Shown one piece after another: positions 63,159 to 64,000 of a stretch of DNA of 64,000 nt. The number at the start of each line of letters is the position of its first letter. Position 1 is the first letter of the stretch. The notes beneath the pieces were generated by a model. That model did not search any database, was not told the origin of the DNA, and worked only from the letters and a program-made list of their open reading frames with translations. The translations under genes were made by a program, and so were the position numbers. Origin of the DNA: Podarcis melisellensis (lineage: Eukaryota); NCBI GenBank assembly GCA_964234715.1, contig OZ174279.1. One strand, 5' to 3'.

Positions 63159-64000
63159 TTAAAATAAGTAACTTATATCAAATAAAGCAATATTCAATAG
63201 TCGATTAGAATATAATGGCAAATATTAAAATTAAATATCAGCAAATAATAAACAGTTTCCACTAGGGAATTACAATAAACAATTACTAAACTGTAATTAA
63301 TAAAAATCACAATGTATAAAATATCAGAAAACATACAGAACCATGTATTTAAAAATATATCTAAATTTCTTTCCAGTGAAAAATAATATAATATAGCTTT
63401 ATTATTTTGTTATTATTATTATTATTTAATAATAAAGCTACAAATTTTATGTAGAAGATGCTGCTTTTCAGCATCTTGCAGTTTTCGTGTACATTCCTCA
63501 TCCTAGTTCAGACAGTTTAGGAAGAAGCATCCTAAGAACCAGTTCTTTGATTCCAAGAGGAGCTTTTTCTTTTTTGGTAACATAGTTTCTATTCATTCTC
63601 ATATTTAAAGCGTTTAACATTAAAGTGTATTACATGCAACATTTACATAAAATAAAAAATAAAGCAGCAAGAAACACAGAGTTAAATGTTTCTGAGTGTA
63701 TTAGCAAAATTGTGTCAAACTGTATCTATCAAAATTATTACAGATATGAAATGATGCGTAGTAACATGTAATGACCATAACTAACATGTATTTTGAATTA
63801 ATAACAATTAGAATTTATAGGAAGGGGCGAGGGAGAGGAGCAGGGGGGGAAAATAAAATATATAGTAATAAAACTGCTAGCCCATTTGCCCATGCCTGCC
63901 CAGGTCTTTGGATCCTGGGAGCCAGGGAAGTGTCCTTACACGGAGGCGGAGTGCCTACACGGAGCGGCATGGAGGCCGAACCTGGGACCTTCTGCATGCA

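Overview
Eukaryotic vertebrate genomic DNA, most likely a squamate reptile (lacertid-like: Sauria SINEs, lizard-type CR1/L2 and hAT/mariner MITEs). The window holds most of the fibulin-1 gene (FBLN1, + strand). Exons 3-14 (human numbering) run from 2656 to 16801 and encode anaphylatoxin-like and EGF/cbEGF modules. Two alternative C-terminal ends follow: a single 1C exon (21665-22019) and three 1D exons (28502-44966). Exons 1-2 lie upstream of the window. A CpG island and probable first coding exon of ATXN10 lie at about 61.8-62.3 kb on the same strand. Most ORFs in the supplied track are spurious or transposon-derived. Most notable non-genic signals: (1) two Penelope-like insertions, each carrying a minimal hammerhead-ribozyme motif, both in sense orientation in the 1D-specific intron; (2) a strong unassigned 3' splice site in intron 14 that would give a fibulin-1 lacking domain III; (3) a hAT MITE carrying a telomere-like 22-bp minisatellite; (4) a sense solo-LTR-like promoter/polyA cassette; (5) an 85-bp inverted duplication; (6) nested insertions whose order can be read from the target-site duplications (TSDs). 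Comparisons with human or chicken sequences are from memory, not from alignments.
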